Notes under the pieces: generated by a model
Database searches by the model: none
Told to the model about the DNA's origin: nothing
What the model saw: the letters and a program-made list of their open reading frames with translations, nothing else
Assembly (NCBI GenBank): GCA_030141605.1
Contig: JAQGDQ010001047.1
Location: forward strand, 3,801-67,800
DNA from: Tubiluchus corallicola
Taxonomy: Eukaryota > Animalia > Priapulida
Length of the DNA stretch: 64,000 nt
Direction: 5' to 3'
Shown here: in pieces, positions 49,340-62,233 of the stretch
How positions within the stretch are numbered: position 1 is the first letter of the stretch
Layout: each line of letters begins with the position of its first letter
Translations under genes and position numbers: made by a program

Positions 49340-50420
49340 TTTTTCGCTTCACTCTCTTTCATTTTTTGTCTATCACTTTCTCTTCCTTTTCCTCTTTCAC
49401 TCATACTCTCTTTTTCTTTGTTCTTTGTCTCTTCTTCTCCACCTGCAAACTGTCACTGTTTCGACCTGTGTACCAAACTTTTTCCTGTCCACTTTTTCTC
49501 GTTTTTCTCAACCATTCTGTCTTCCTTCCTCCTCTTCTTGACTCCCGCCTCTCTTATCTTCAGTTCCTTTTCTCTTTGCTATTTAGTGAACAAACACTTT
49601 TTCAGTCACGTTTGTTTTTTAATTGCATCTTTTTCTTTCTCACCCCACGTTTCTCTCACTCTATCTTCCCCTGCTCTCTCAAATTACCTCTTTCTTTCTC
49701 AGTCGTTCTCTACTTACAACCTGCCAATGTGTCAACCTGTCTTCTAAACTGTAAGATAAGATAAGGTAATATTTATTTTCATCGGTATGATATAAAACAG
49801 TACATATTTGTAAAACATGAGCTTAAAGCTCGTAAACTGATACCAAACATAATGTATATGAGTGATAACATGGTAATAATATGTACTTCTTAAAATCTTT
49901 TGGATGCCACCAGAGGCACTGGTACAAGAAAAATTTAGAACTACATGAAGACAGTAAAAAATTGAGACAGTAAAAATTTTAGGCAGCAACATTCTCTAAA
50001 ATTTACACAAAAAGCTATCTAGGTCAATAAAAATTTTCCTGCCAACATTTCAGCATTTAACTATGACTTAACAAAATAGGGAAGTTCGCTGAATTTACAA
50101 ATGGCACATTTACATGATGCACCAGTCCATGAGTTAATTAGACGTTTAAATTCCGCAACATTTTCGGCCATTCGGAGACAGTTTGGTAATTAAACTGTTT
50201 TCTGTTTACTCTCTTTCTTGCTTTTGTCTGCTGCTCTCTCTTTCATCTCTCACTCATACTTTCTTCTGAGTTCCACCTTTATTTGCAAACTGTCGATCAA
50301 ATATTCTCTCTCGTTTTTTGTTTTTTTTACTTTTTTGTTCTTTTTTCTCTCTCACCCTCCCTGTTTTTTACTCTCTTCTCTTTTCTTCATTCTCTCGCTC
50401 TCTTTCTCAGATCTTCTCTT
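49340..50420. repeat. Two related pyrimidine-rich low-complexity tracts (about 49340-49745 and 50195-50420)
   Basis: CT-rich tracts sharing CCACCT...TGCAAACTGTC. Confidence 0.6.
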
Positions 50421-51706
50421 TTGGCAAACACTCTGTACAAACCGAACCACGCAGTTCTTAATCCGCTTCACGAACTAATTTTTTATATGGGAAATTGTAA
50501 AATTTTGCCTCCAGGATACACGTGGGCGAACTTTTTCGTATAAGTCCTAAGTAGTAGAGAACTTCGTCACAAGATGGCGCCACTAGTAGCCGCGCATTTC
50601 ACAATGTTCGGCGTAGTGCGTGAAGCCAACACAATTACTGACTGCTATCACTTTAGCTTTGCTATTTCGTCTATGGTAGGTATTCTATTCTGGATAACAT
50701 TACTAAAGGGTTGAACTGACAAAATGACCCCCCCCCCCTCCCCGACGGTCCATTGATCAATCTTGCTCGTTTCCACATACTGTTTAAGCAGCCAACTTCT
50801 TCGTTAGTCTTTTAGCAAAACATGGATCAGGATAGTTGTTGTTATTAGGCTTGTAATCCTAAGATAAACCTAACGTAAAAACCGGCCTAAGCAAGTAAAA
50901 AACTGCAATAATAGTGTCGCTGGACAAATGGGTCAAGCACCAAATGACCAATGAGCCGAAGAACCAACAAATTTGGACAACATTGATGTATTCTCAATAG
51001 TTAAAAAGTTAGAATTTGGGAAGATTTTTTTTCATAAATAATCCACTGTATAATATATTTCGTTAAACTTTTATTTAAAAAATCCAACGTTTTTATTGCA
51101 CACTAGGCAGTAACGAAGTAACGTGCAGTAGATACGTCGGATTTTTCTAATGAAAATTTAGTGAAATTTATCCTTACATTGTGTACGAAACGGATATTGT
51201 TCTTTTATTATCATTTATTACGTACTAGTAGCATTAGTATATTAAATTATTATTTATACTATTTAAATTAAAAAGAATCTAAACTTTATTTAGGAAGACT
51301 GTTTGTCGTTGCTTTCTTTACCTACCAACAGGTGGCGCAGAAAAAACCTGCCAAAGTTTTCATCACTACATTATACAAAGAAAAATGAAATCGTGTGAAA
51401 TTTACTGCAATGATGTTACAGACGCTTGTGTACAAACACTAGAAATTTCAGCTCATTCCCTTAGATATTCCCAAAGTTTTACAGAACTACTGAACAGCAA
51501 GGAAAAAATAAATGCCTGGAAAAAGATTTGAGTCAGTGTTAAAATTTACAGCAAGTGCTCTGTGTGTGTCCACCTTTTCACTCTGCTAACTAGACGAAGG
51601 CATTCCTCCCAACAACTGACACAGTTTATTACTAATTGGGGGGGGGGGGGGGTATTTGGTCTCAGTCTTCAAATTTTTGCCTTTACCTCTACGGAAGGTT
51701 TAGTAT

Positions 51707-51951
51707 ACCACGGTTTTGACTAGTGGTAACGCGCCCGCTTTCCGTCTGGGAGGTCATGAGTTCGATACAGCGGCCGGGTCATACCAATGGTACCTGCTGT
51801 TGCCCTGCCTGGCGCGTGGTATTTAGGGTAAAAGTGGAATAATAATACTGTTATTCAGTTGTAGATTACATATTTACAGTTGACCCAAAAACTCTTTGGA
51901 GCTAATGTTAATTGTTGATCCAAACCCCGACTTTAAATAAAGATTATTATT
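51707..51951 (+). mobile_element. tRNA-derived SINE, same family
   Basis: A/B boxes, same body and tail. Confidence 0.85.
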
Positions 51952-52155
51952 AAATTATTGATTATTATATTATACTGGACTGAATTCGACTCAGGGGGTC
52001 GAACTCTAAGATGGCATGGCGGTCTTGATATTGCGCACAATGAAGATCCATTTTACTATCGTTGTGTAACTGATTACTTAACTACAATTGTTAATTTTAA
52101 TTACAAATGTTATCTCATTAACTAAATCAATGTGTGTAAACTAATACCATATACC

Positions 52156-52498
52156 TGTTATAGCATGTCATTTAACTCTCATAAAATAAAATGCACAAAA
52201 ATTACGCTGTACGAAGTTTATTATCAGCACTAATAAAAATAGGGAACCAAAATACAGACACACAAAGAAATAACTAACTAACTCAGTAACAACACTACAC
52301 CCGAGGAGCACCTGTGTCAGAAATCAAGGCTGTAGTGACCTCTACATGTTTGTTTTTATACTGGCATTCCAGGTCAGCTGGCTTCTCACACCACGTGTAG
52401 GCCCAAACAAGACGTCTGGACCTACAAGAAATGGGTGAGTCGCTGCTGACGTGGAAGCAGGGCGTGACACCTGACCCGACACAGGTGCCTCCGTAACA
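52156..52498 (-). mobile_element. Probable solo LTR
   Basis: TGTTA...TAACA termini, degenerate TSD ATACC/ATATT, AATAAA on the - strand. Confidence 0.45.
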
Positions 52499-53399
52499 AT
52501 ATTATGTCAAACGGCGTTGTACTGCACGACAAATGTGCATTTCCTTTAGAAATTTAAGGTACCTTAGTTCATAGGGTTTAATTAGATTTTTTCTTGACAA
52601 CAAATTTTTATCGGTACGTTATTTTCTGTAGTAAAGACAACGATCTAAGCTGTCTAATTTGCTGCCGTGTATGGAGTGCTTTAAGCATGTCAAAATGGTC
52701 ATTTTTCAATTGATGATTATCTCACATTGTTCCGGCATTAAACTTTTTAACGTGCAAAAGTTTCTCGTTCATAATTTAAAAACTACGAAAGCTAATAAAC
52801 TGCAGTATCACGTTGCGAAATGACAACTTTATAGGACACTCGCTGCTAATGTAATTGCAGTCTAAACGTTGGTACGTTTTTTCTGTTCCACCCGATTTAT
52901 CTTTCTTCTCTGTTAACTTCAAGCTGTTAATGGTATTTATCTGTTTGACTATTACGACAGGTGCACAGACTGAGGTGTCTTTCAACTCAGCTAAAATCCA
53001 TCCGCGGGACGATTGCACTATTTTACGGCCCGGTAACCCCGACTCGTAAATTTCAGTTCCTTATGAATATTAATTCCTTATTGTTATTATTGTTATTAGT
53101 CGTCTATATAAAGTTTCATATTTATTGAAAATTTGCTAAATAACATAGTTTACTGCAGGAAGTTCAGGAAGTATTGATATTATAGCTTTTGTATCCAAAA
53201 ACACAAGCTAAATAAATACACATAATATGTTGTGTAATACGTTCAAATTTGCGCCAAACTTACTAGACTGTATCTAATTTTTTTATTCTAATACGAGGAA
53301 GCCACAACACTATCCATTCAACAATAATCAATAATGCGCGCATTTTCCGCGTAGTGTTGCTAAGAACGCAATTTGCAATTATTAGTTACTAATAATTTT

Positions 53400-53935
53400 C
53401 CTCAAATGTACAAAAGATCCTAAAATATGCAATTATCAGTTTAGTTTTCTGCACAGACAATTATGAGTTTAGTGTTCTGCACAGACAATTATCAGTTTAG
53501 TGTTCTGCACAGAATACTACCCACAAAACATTTCCTATTCAAAATCAATAAAGTTGATTCTGACACCTGTAATTTTTGCAATTCGGAAACAGAAACTATA
53601 TTACATATTCTCCCGGATTTTAATAAAGTAAAACTCATATGGGAACATTTCAAACAAAATGGTGGGTCAAAGTAAAAGTAATGAAGTAGAAATTGATAAG
53701 TCTGTTGTAATTTTTGGAAAGTTTTCGCGTAAAAAATTCCTATGTTTAAATAAGCCCATTTTAATAGTAAAATATTATATTTGGTGTACTCGAAGCAAAT
53801 TGCAAACACTGAATATTAATCATGCAATGAGCTGGATTAAATATTATGTATAAGGTGGAGAAATATGCAGGTGCCAACCTTGGGATGCTAGAAAAAGTTG
53901 AAGATATTTGGTTACCTGTGAAACACACATTCTAA
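53400..53935 (+). mobile_element. Degenerate L1/Tx1-type LINE fragment (zinc-finger after RT)
   Basis: YQFSVLHRILPTKHFLFKINKVDSDTCNFCNSETETILHI; frameshifted; internal 28-bp triplication at 53431-53511. Confidence 0.72.
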
Positions 53936-54283
53936 TGATTTACTGACTAAATGATAATTGTCAGTGTGTTGTTAATGCGATTACTGATCAAACTAATTAC
54001 ATTCACTGACAGTCAAAAAAAACTAATAATTTTCCTCTAACAAAATAGATTGTACATATGATTTCACCAAAAGTATGATTATGCTACCACTTCAGCATGC
54101 ATGTACACCTATGACACTGATGATCTACATTTTAAACCCGCCTATGGAAATTTTATAGTGCTAACACATTTTTATAGCTAGCAGTCATGACACGGTTGTT
54201 GCTCAGAAACTCTTTATGTAGCGTTCTTCATTTAATAAATTGAACTTTATGATATACAGATATATATAGTACAGTAGTATATG

Positions 54284-54356
<73 letters not shown>
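54284..54356. repeat. (TATC)n microsatellite
   Basis: Directly visible. Confidence 0.95.
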
Positions 54357-54357
<1 letters not shown>

Positions 54358-56259
54358 ATCTATATCTATATAGAATATATAGATATGTATATATATAGAA
54401 AAAGAATTCTTTCACTACTGTACGAATAACTAACAATGATTTTAAATAGGTTTAAATTCTAATTTGGGCAGAATAGGTGATCTACTTCTCTTAAATCTGT
54501 AGTCATTCGTAGCTTTCCAAACAGTGTGCGAAATATCCGATATAAAAAAATTTGGCTTGTGTTAAATACATAATTAGTGCATAATGTCGTGTTCTGTTGG
54601 CTCTGCCTATATAAACTGATTGTACGTTTGTAAAAATTTACCACTGATGATGACAACATTAGCTCTGTCAAAACGTTTGACATGTTTTTTTAACTATATA
54701 AATTAAAAGTTTAAATAAAGTTGTAGTTTTTTAACTATAAATGTTTTTAAGTGCCTGTAATAAAAAATTCATTCAAGTACTTTTTACACCTCGAAAATCG
54801 AAACACGCGAAGAACTACAGAAAGTTTTAAAATCATAACACTGACCGCCATGTGGAGCTACTAAGCGAAGAGAACTATTTCCTATATTATGTTCGTAGGT
54901 ATACTGTATATACTGTACTGTACTATATACTGTATATACTTGTATACTGTAGATACTGTACTTATTTTATCAAAAACCATTTTGCCTTTTTGTCTTTTGC
55001 CATTTATGTTTTCTTTTTCCATAAACTCGATGTTAGTACGTAGTGCAATCAAAGGCTGAAATTTGAAGAAAAATTTGAAAAGGGGAGAAGCACTGAACGT
55101 CCGAGGTTCCTAACTCTTTCTTTAGTAACCAAAACCGAAAAAGTTTGAATAAAAAGAACACGTATTTATATGTAGACTACTGTACTTACTTGTGTTTAAT
55201 AATTGCCAAAAAACGAACGATTAATTCTAATGCTAACATATGTATTTTACATATTTACATACACAAAGCAATAGTGAAAACAAACAAACAATACTAAACA
55301 GTGCAATTATCTATGTAAACTAAACAACATAATAATCTATAATTAAGCCGTGTAAACGGGGGTAATGTGAACGTGCTCTAAGACACAGTATCTACACATT
55401 ACCAATGAGTTAGTTTGCCAGAAGGCTTTTATAGCGTTTGATATTCATAATATCTTTAAAATAGGTTAGGTACAAGTTTGAGATCACGTGTGCAAGGTCA
55501 AAGCGACCCATGAATGGCGGCTTCAGCAAGTGTTTGAAATCACGACTATTTTACACTTGCAACAGTCCGCGAGAGACTATGGCTTTTTTAACACTGAACG
55601 CTGCGCATAGTAAGTACATTTCCATGTAGATAAAACACGGTTTAGACGTGACAAAATAACTGTTAAAAGTGCACGTGCTTGTAACACAAATATAGGAAAA
55701 AAGAAATTTTTAAAAAGTCTATCCTAAAGAACTTTCCACACAAAAATATATTACTTAGCACTACGGTTACCTGTTTGAGAGACTTATGTAACTGAAAAAG
55801 AAAAGTTTTAATAATTTAAAACCTGGTAAAACGTCTCTGCATCACCATCCCAGGGTGCACCAGTGTCTCACAAAAACACACTATTGTTCTTATTGAGAAT
55901 ATAAAATAATCTAAACTTTTGCTCAGTTAGTGAAGAGTATACATATTTACACGTATATACATAATAATCTTTATTTGCCATTGAAATACATTGATAATCA
56001 CTGATAAAAGCTTTACAGAGATGATGAATCAGTGTTAGTTAATAAAAACTTACACTGCTAAAGGCAAATGCGTCAGTGCAATCTGAACTACTGTGCAGTA
56101 ATGGAAAGTAACGACGAATAAAATCAAACGTATTTACAACTATGCACAAAAAATGAAAAAATTATGATTTAATTAATATGGCCGTGGATATATAAATTCT
56201 GAATTAGTGTGTATGTTGTCGTACTGGTGTGATGGTATTTCATATCTGGTTAATATTAG

Positions 56260-56375
56260 TGATTTTAATTTTGTTTTAAATGCTGATAGGGACTTGATTT
56301 GTTTAACCTGTAATGGTAGAGAATTCCAAAGTAGAATTGCTTGTTTGATTACAAAGTTCGTTACAAATTCTGCGA
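56260..56375 (-). mobile_element. CR1/L2-group LINE ORF2 tail fragment
   Basis: Reverse strand reads IKQAILLWNSLPLQVKQIKSLSAFKTKLK. Confidence 0.55.
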
Positions 56376-58403
56376 TTATTTTTTCAAACTTTACACAATG
56401 TTATATAATATAGAATTTTTTAAGCTTTATTTATGAAGAGAGTAAAGCTACTTATTAAAGGCTCTTAAAGGTTCTGACAAAAACAGACAAGACAAAATTC
56501 GTCATTTTTACCATTAGGTCTGAAGTGGAATGATCTTGCTGTACATCTACCGACAAAATTTGATGTAATTTGTTTAGACTAATTGCCCAACCAGCCCATG
56601 ACCGCACAACACGATGTTGGATCAGCACCGTATTGTGAAGGTTTATTATTTTTCAGTTTACAACAAGATTGAAATTGGTTTAGACCGTATTTTCCCAACA
56701 AGCCACACTGAAAAGAGGGCTTTACATTTAGTCGAGCTCCATTTCGAAATCTTTTCAAAACTAGTCCGCGACAATACCGGTGGATTTTACATTTTCTTTC
56801 AACTCTTGTTTGCGGTTTACTATTTGTCCAAATATACTCTGTAGAGCATTATATAGGAAAGCAGAGCACAACAATAAAATGCTTTAACCCTTTAGCGCGC
56901 TCAGTCTAGCAATGCCAAGTCATTTTACGTCCCTTTTCCTGCTTTTTTTACTAACCAGTTTTTCAGATAAAATGCATTAAAACTGCGGACGGCGTCTGCG
57001 AACCATTCTTGTTTGCGTTCTATGTACTATATGAGTGTTCTCCAGCTCTGTATTTGTCATGTGCTTTATTACCCGCAAACCCCGCAGGGATCCCATCTTA
57101 ACTCATTCACTTCGGGACGCTGCCAAATTCTGTCCGTTGTGGAATGACCCATTTTAACTTCAGATGCTTTTAAAAAAGTATAAGAGCGCGCTGGCATTGT
57201 GTATTCGTGAAGGTGCATTTTCTGGTTTTAAACAGCGTGAAATGCGTGTCGGCAGAAGAATAGAGTACAAAATAATACTCGATTACTTCTTAACGGGTTC
57301 CTCATACTTGAAGTACAACTTTTTCTACATAAATTATGCTAATTAATATAATTGTGGATAAAATAATTACGACGAGAATATGCAAAAACTGTAAAAACGT
57401 ATACAAGATTATTTTGTAGACCTATTACGACGTTTTTTATTCAGCAAAGAAGTTAAATTTTTGAATTTTGAATTTAAACTTTTACTTCAGGTTTTCTTCC
57501 ATACAAAACAGTAGTTAAAAACGTACAGAATAAACGATAAAATGTTATACAAAAATAGTGAAACACACTATTATATACAACTCATTCCATCACGCCTTTC
57601 CGGACGTTTAATTCACATTTGCATTATATACAATAAAGCATCAGTAATTGAAAATCAACGCTAAAAGCGTGCATATGTATATATATATATAACTAAATCT
57701 CAACAAAAAAAGTTATACTAAAAGTTAGTTATGCTAGCTTAGTTACACACCTACGTTCATGGTTTCATATCCTCAGCAACAAAGTAGTACATCTTTTACA
57801 TAGGCTGTTTTTAACTCAATAAATACATTTTCGATTCGCGAATTGTAGTGTCATAATGACGCACGTTAAGCTGCACAAACATAAACAAATTTTGCGTTTA
57901 TTCAATTAATCAGTATCTCATTGGGTTGGTTTTAATTACTAACTAACAAACAGCTTGGTCATACCACATAAAAACATTTTCTGCAGCGAACCTGTGTTTA
58001 AATTAATGAAACAATAAAAAATACGATTAATTTTGTACATTAATTAATTACTTTAATTGCTAATTTTATCTTCACTGCTTATTATAAAGTTGTTGGCTAC
58101 TATTAGGTTGTTTAGTTTATACTACCGGTTAGTAGAAGTAATTTTTAGATGTATTCGTAACTAATTCTAGTGGCCTACCATAAGCTAGTTCTTAGGTCTC
58201 TAGCGCAGAATTCATGAATTGTATCACAATTTTGTATTAACAAAACCTGATTATCGTGCACATGTAATGTAATGTATATGTATATGTTTATTGTGAAATA
58301 AATCTATTAAAATCTAAAAAAAATCTAAAAAAAATCTATAAGTTCAGACAACAAGGACCTAATAAATCCTTGACAAACGCATGTCACTTTAGATAGTTTG
58401 GTC

Positions 58404-58776
58404 ACTCTCATTGTTTGGCTCTGTAAAAAATACGAAAACATTCTTAGCTGTAAAGAAAGTCGAATAAAACAAACTGGTAGGAACTGAGAAACCAATCTTT
58501 AATCTGAAATTATTAAATTTGAATCGAAATCGAATCGCATTTTATAATAATTTTTGGATACGAATCTAAACCGAGTCACATTTTAGAATAATTTTCGAAT
58601 CCGAATCTCGGTGTAAAATAATTTTTAATTCGGATCAAATCCGAATCTCAATTTAAAATAGTTTTTGAAACACAATCGAATTTGAATCGCGTTCTGCTAA
58701 AGTAATACAAGAAACTTTAACATTTTTGTTGAAACTAACAGTAAAAATCGTAATGTGATACTACGCGTAATGCGAG
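58404..58776 (-). pseudogene. Duplicated UBE2C intron 4 3' end plus first 17 nt of exon 5 (left arm copy)
   Basis: Aligns to 30981-31338, including acceptor TTTTACAG|AGCCAAACAATGAGAGT. Confidence 0.85.
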
Positions 58777-59809
58777 TGATTTTTAGAATAATTTTCGAAT
58801 CAGAAAATCAAAATGGAATTCGAGAAGAAAAGGCGCTTTAGAAATCACGACTCGCCACTTTTATTGTTCTGATATATCTGGATATCTGACGTTGCAATCG
58901 ATATAATTACATTATAAACTTTATAATAGCGGATAATTCACTGTGGAATTGCCTGAATGCGCGTAGTAGATTTCTATCTTTGGTTCAGTGTATTTGTAAC
59001 ATCAGAAATGATTTAACTTGTTAAACCCTGACAACAATAATACGTTATACTAGCAGTCGTGCATGACTGTCCATAGGCGTGATATTCGGAGGAAAATCAG
59101 TGGTTTTGGGGAGGTGAGAGGATTTAATTTGGAATTAGGCAGCGAACGAAATTCGTCAGTCAAAACTTAAAGCAAAGAAAAGATAGTTTTACGCTAACAC
59201 GTGCACGATACAAATCCGTATAAGAAATTAAAACTTTGGGCAAACAAATAGAACTAATTAGTATTTAGCTGATTAGCAATGACGTCAAAAGTAGGTAACA
59301 TTTTAAACGCGCAGGCGTACGGGAGGAAGTTTCAGAAGGGGGCAGAACAAATTTACCCTGAAATTTTTCTAAATTGTCCTAGTTTGAGTGATTTTCATAT
59401 ATAGACATATATTTTCGTCTATAGACTGACAAAAGTATCTAAACACAAATTATTTTCACTTATAGGTCTATAATGCCTATGCTTATTTGTATTTATACGT
59501 ATTTTTATTCAATGTGTCAGGAAATGACAGTCTCGCTATGAACAAAAGTAATCAAAACTACATGTAAATGTTTCATTATAAACTGTTTCTTTAAAGTTCT
59601 TTAAAGTTTTTATAAACACGCGAACTTTCTATAACTTTGTCACTGCATGATAGGCATGTACTTAAGAAAAGTATACAAAAGACTTCCGAGGCTTGCAATT
59701 GAAATTTACAGCAGACACTAATACTAATTTTAAAATTTTTAAAAGTTTAAAACAATTTCCAAAATTGCTCCGAATATTTTACGACATGTTATTTCGATAA
59801 ACTCGCGTG

Positions 59810-59930
59810 CTTGACTAAAGAACCAGCGGTCCCATTTTTCACGTCTTTGGTATGCTTCAGTCGGGAGTTGAACCCACGACCTCCCGCGTGGTAAGCAAGC
59901 ACGCTACCATTGAGCTACGCCACACGGCGG
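59810..59930 (-). mobile_element. tRNA-derived SINE head and core, divergent family, in the palindrome spacer
   Basis: Reverse complement GGCGTAGCTCAATGGTAGCG...GGGTTCAACTCCC...CATACCAAAGACGTGAAAAATGGGACC. Confidence 0.75.
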
Positions 59931-60892
59931 TTTAACTGCAGCCAGTAAAAACGTAACGCAGTGCGTAAGCAATTTTTAAATATTGAAATATCAAATTTTA
60001 AAAATTTGAAACAGAATTATTTGTCGTAAAAATAATCAGCTTTTGCCCTGAAAATGTTAAAGTCAAGATTTGAATATATTAAGACATATTACAGATGTAG
60101 ACTGACTGATAATGCTGCACAAATGCAGACGACATTAATTTAACATTAAACAAAGCTGACTGACACACAACATTAATATAGACTACATTAACATTGTTGA
60201 TTATACAATTTTTATAGGCCTATTTTGTTTAACGAAAATTTCAATACAAGCTTCAGGATTACATTTGATGATAGATTGACAAATGCCAAAACTGACGCAC
60301 GAGTCAGTCGATAATTGAAATTGAACAAAGCAGGCTTATATAGAAGTTATTAGGGGTGATACATAATTAGCACAGGGTTTAATTTCAATTTCATTTGTAA
60401 AAAGAGGGGCAATTTAATCGTGTTTAGTTAGACAGACATTTCGTTTCACAGATAGTGAATTTTACGGAATACAAGTGACATATTACATATTTTACTGACG
60501 CAATGGCAGTATATGAAAACGCGTAGGTTTTTAACATTTACCAGAAAACAATGAAATTGTTTGCAAAAGTGAAAATTGAAGTGCCGCGTGCTGCTATTCA
60601 ACATTAAAATTTAAATTGCAAGCCTCGGAAGTCTTTTGTATACTTTTCTTAAGTACATGCCTATCATGCAGTGACAAAGTTATAGAAAGTTCGCGTGTTT
60701 ATAAAAACTTTAAAGAACTTTAAAGAAACAGTTTATAATGAAACATTTAGTTTTGATTACTTTTGTTCATAGCGAGACTGTCATTTCCTGACACATTGAA
60801 TAAAAATACGTATAAATACAAATAAGCATAAGCATTATAGACCTATAAGTGTAAAATACTTTGTTTTTAGATACTTTTGTCAGTCTATACAC

Positions 60893-61195
60893 CAGTGGTT
60901 CCCAAACTTTCTCGGACCGTTACCCAAATCGGGAAACCCGGTCGTGTCCATTACCCCCCACCTAGTACTACTTCTCCAACTCAAAAAGTAAACACACGTA
61001 TATGCCACAAGCAAGCAAAATTATTTATGTTTGCTCGTGACATAAATAAATTTCCAGGTGTTGTTGTGTCTCTTCAAGAAGAAAACTACATAAAATGCAT
61101 TCCGAGCGAAGTTTTAGAGGGGTGCCCGTTACCCCCCCCCCAAAAAAAACAATATTACCCCCGGGGGTAATTTACCCCTACTTTGGGAACCACTG
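60893..61195. mobile_element. hAT (Charlie-like) MITE, 303 bp, present only in the right palindrome arm
   Basis: 14-bp TIR CAGTGGTTCCCAAA; 8-bp TSD CTATACAC/CTATAGAC; absent from the left arm at 59417-59424. Confidence 0.9.
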
Positions 61196-61860
61196 CTATA
61201 GACCCTACATAATTATGTGGCCCGTTGTTTGTACTGATATGAAAATGACTTAAACTAGGACAATTTAGAAAAATTTCAGGGCAAATTCATTCTGCCCCCT
61301 TCTGAAACTTCCTCCCGTACGCCTGCGCGTTTAAAATGTTACCTACTTTTGACGTCATTTCTAATCAGCTAAATATTAATTAGTTCTATTTGTTTGCCCA
61401 AAGTTTTAATTTCTTATACGCATTTGTATCGTGCACGTGTTAGCGTAAAACTATCCTTTCTTTGCTTTAAGTTTTGACTGACGAATTTCGTTCGCTGCCT
61501 AATTCCAAATTAAATCCTCTCACCTCCCCCAAACCACTGATTTTCCTCCGAATATCACGCCTATGGACAGTCATGCACGACTGCTAGTATAACGTATTAT
61601 TGTTGTCAGGGTTTAACAAGTTAAATCATTTCTGATGTTACAAATACACTGAACCGCAGATAAGAATCTACTACGCGCATTCAGGCAATTCCACAGTGAA
61701 TTATCCGCTATTATAAAGTTTATAATGTAATTATATCGATTGCAACGTCAGATATCCAGATATATCAGAACAATAAAAGTGGCGAGTCGTGATTTCTAAA
61801 GCGCCTTTTCTTCTCGAATTCCATTTTGATTTTCTGATTCGAAAATTATTCTAAAAATCA

Positions 61861-62233
61861 CTCGCATTACGCGTAGTATCACATTACGATTTTTACTGTT
61901 AGTTTCAACAAAAATGTTAAAGTTTCTTGTATTACTTTAGCAGAACGCGATTCAAATTCGATTGTGTTTCAAAAACTATTTTAAATTGAGATTCGGATTT
62001 GATCCGAATTAAAAATTATTTTACACCGAGATTCGGATTCGAAAATTATTCTAAAATGTGACTCGGTTTAGATTCGTATCCAAAAATTATTATAAAATGC
62101 GATTCGATTTCGATTCAAATTTAATAATTTCAGATTAAAGATTGGTTTCTCAGTTCCTACCAGTTTGTTTTATTCGACTTTCTTTACAGCTAAGAACGTT
62201 TTCGTATTTTTTACAGAGCCAAACAATGAGAGT
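61861..62233 (+). pseudogene. Duplicated UBE2C intron 4 3' end plus first 17 nt of exon 5 (right arm copy)
   Basis: Reverse complement of 58404-58776. Confidence 0.85.

Noticed and set aside
49366-50543. Hydrophobic F/S/L-rich ORFs resembling membrane proteins
   Set aside because: Translations of CT-rich low-complexity DNA
57164-57346. Duplicated 60-aa ORF (also 63292-63474)
   Set aside because: Identity simply reflects the palindrome; no recognisable domain or gene structure
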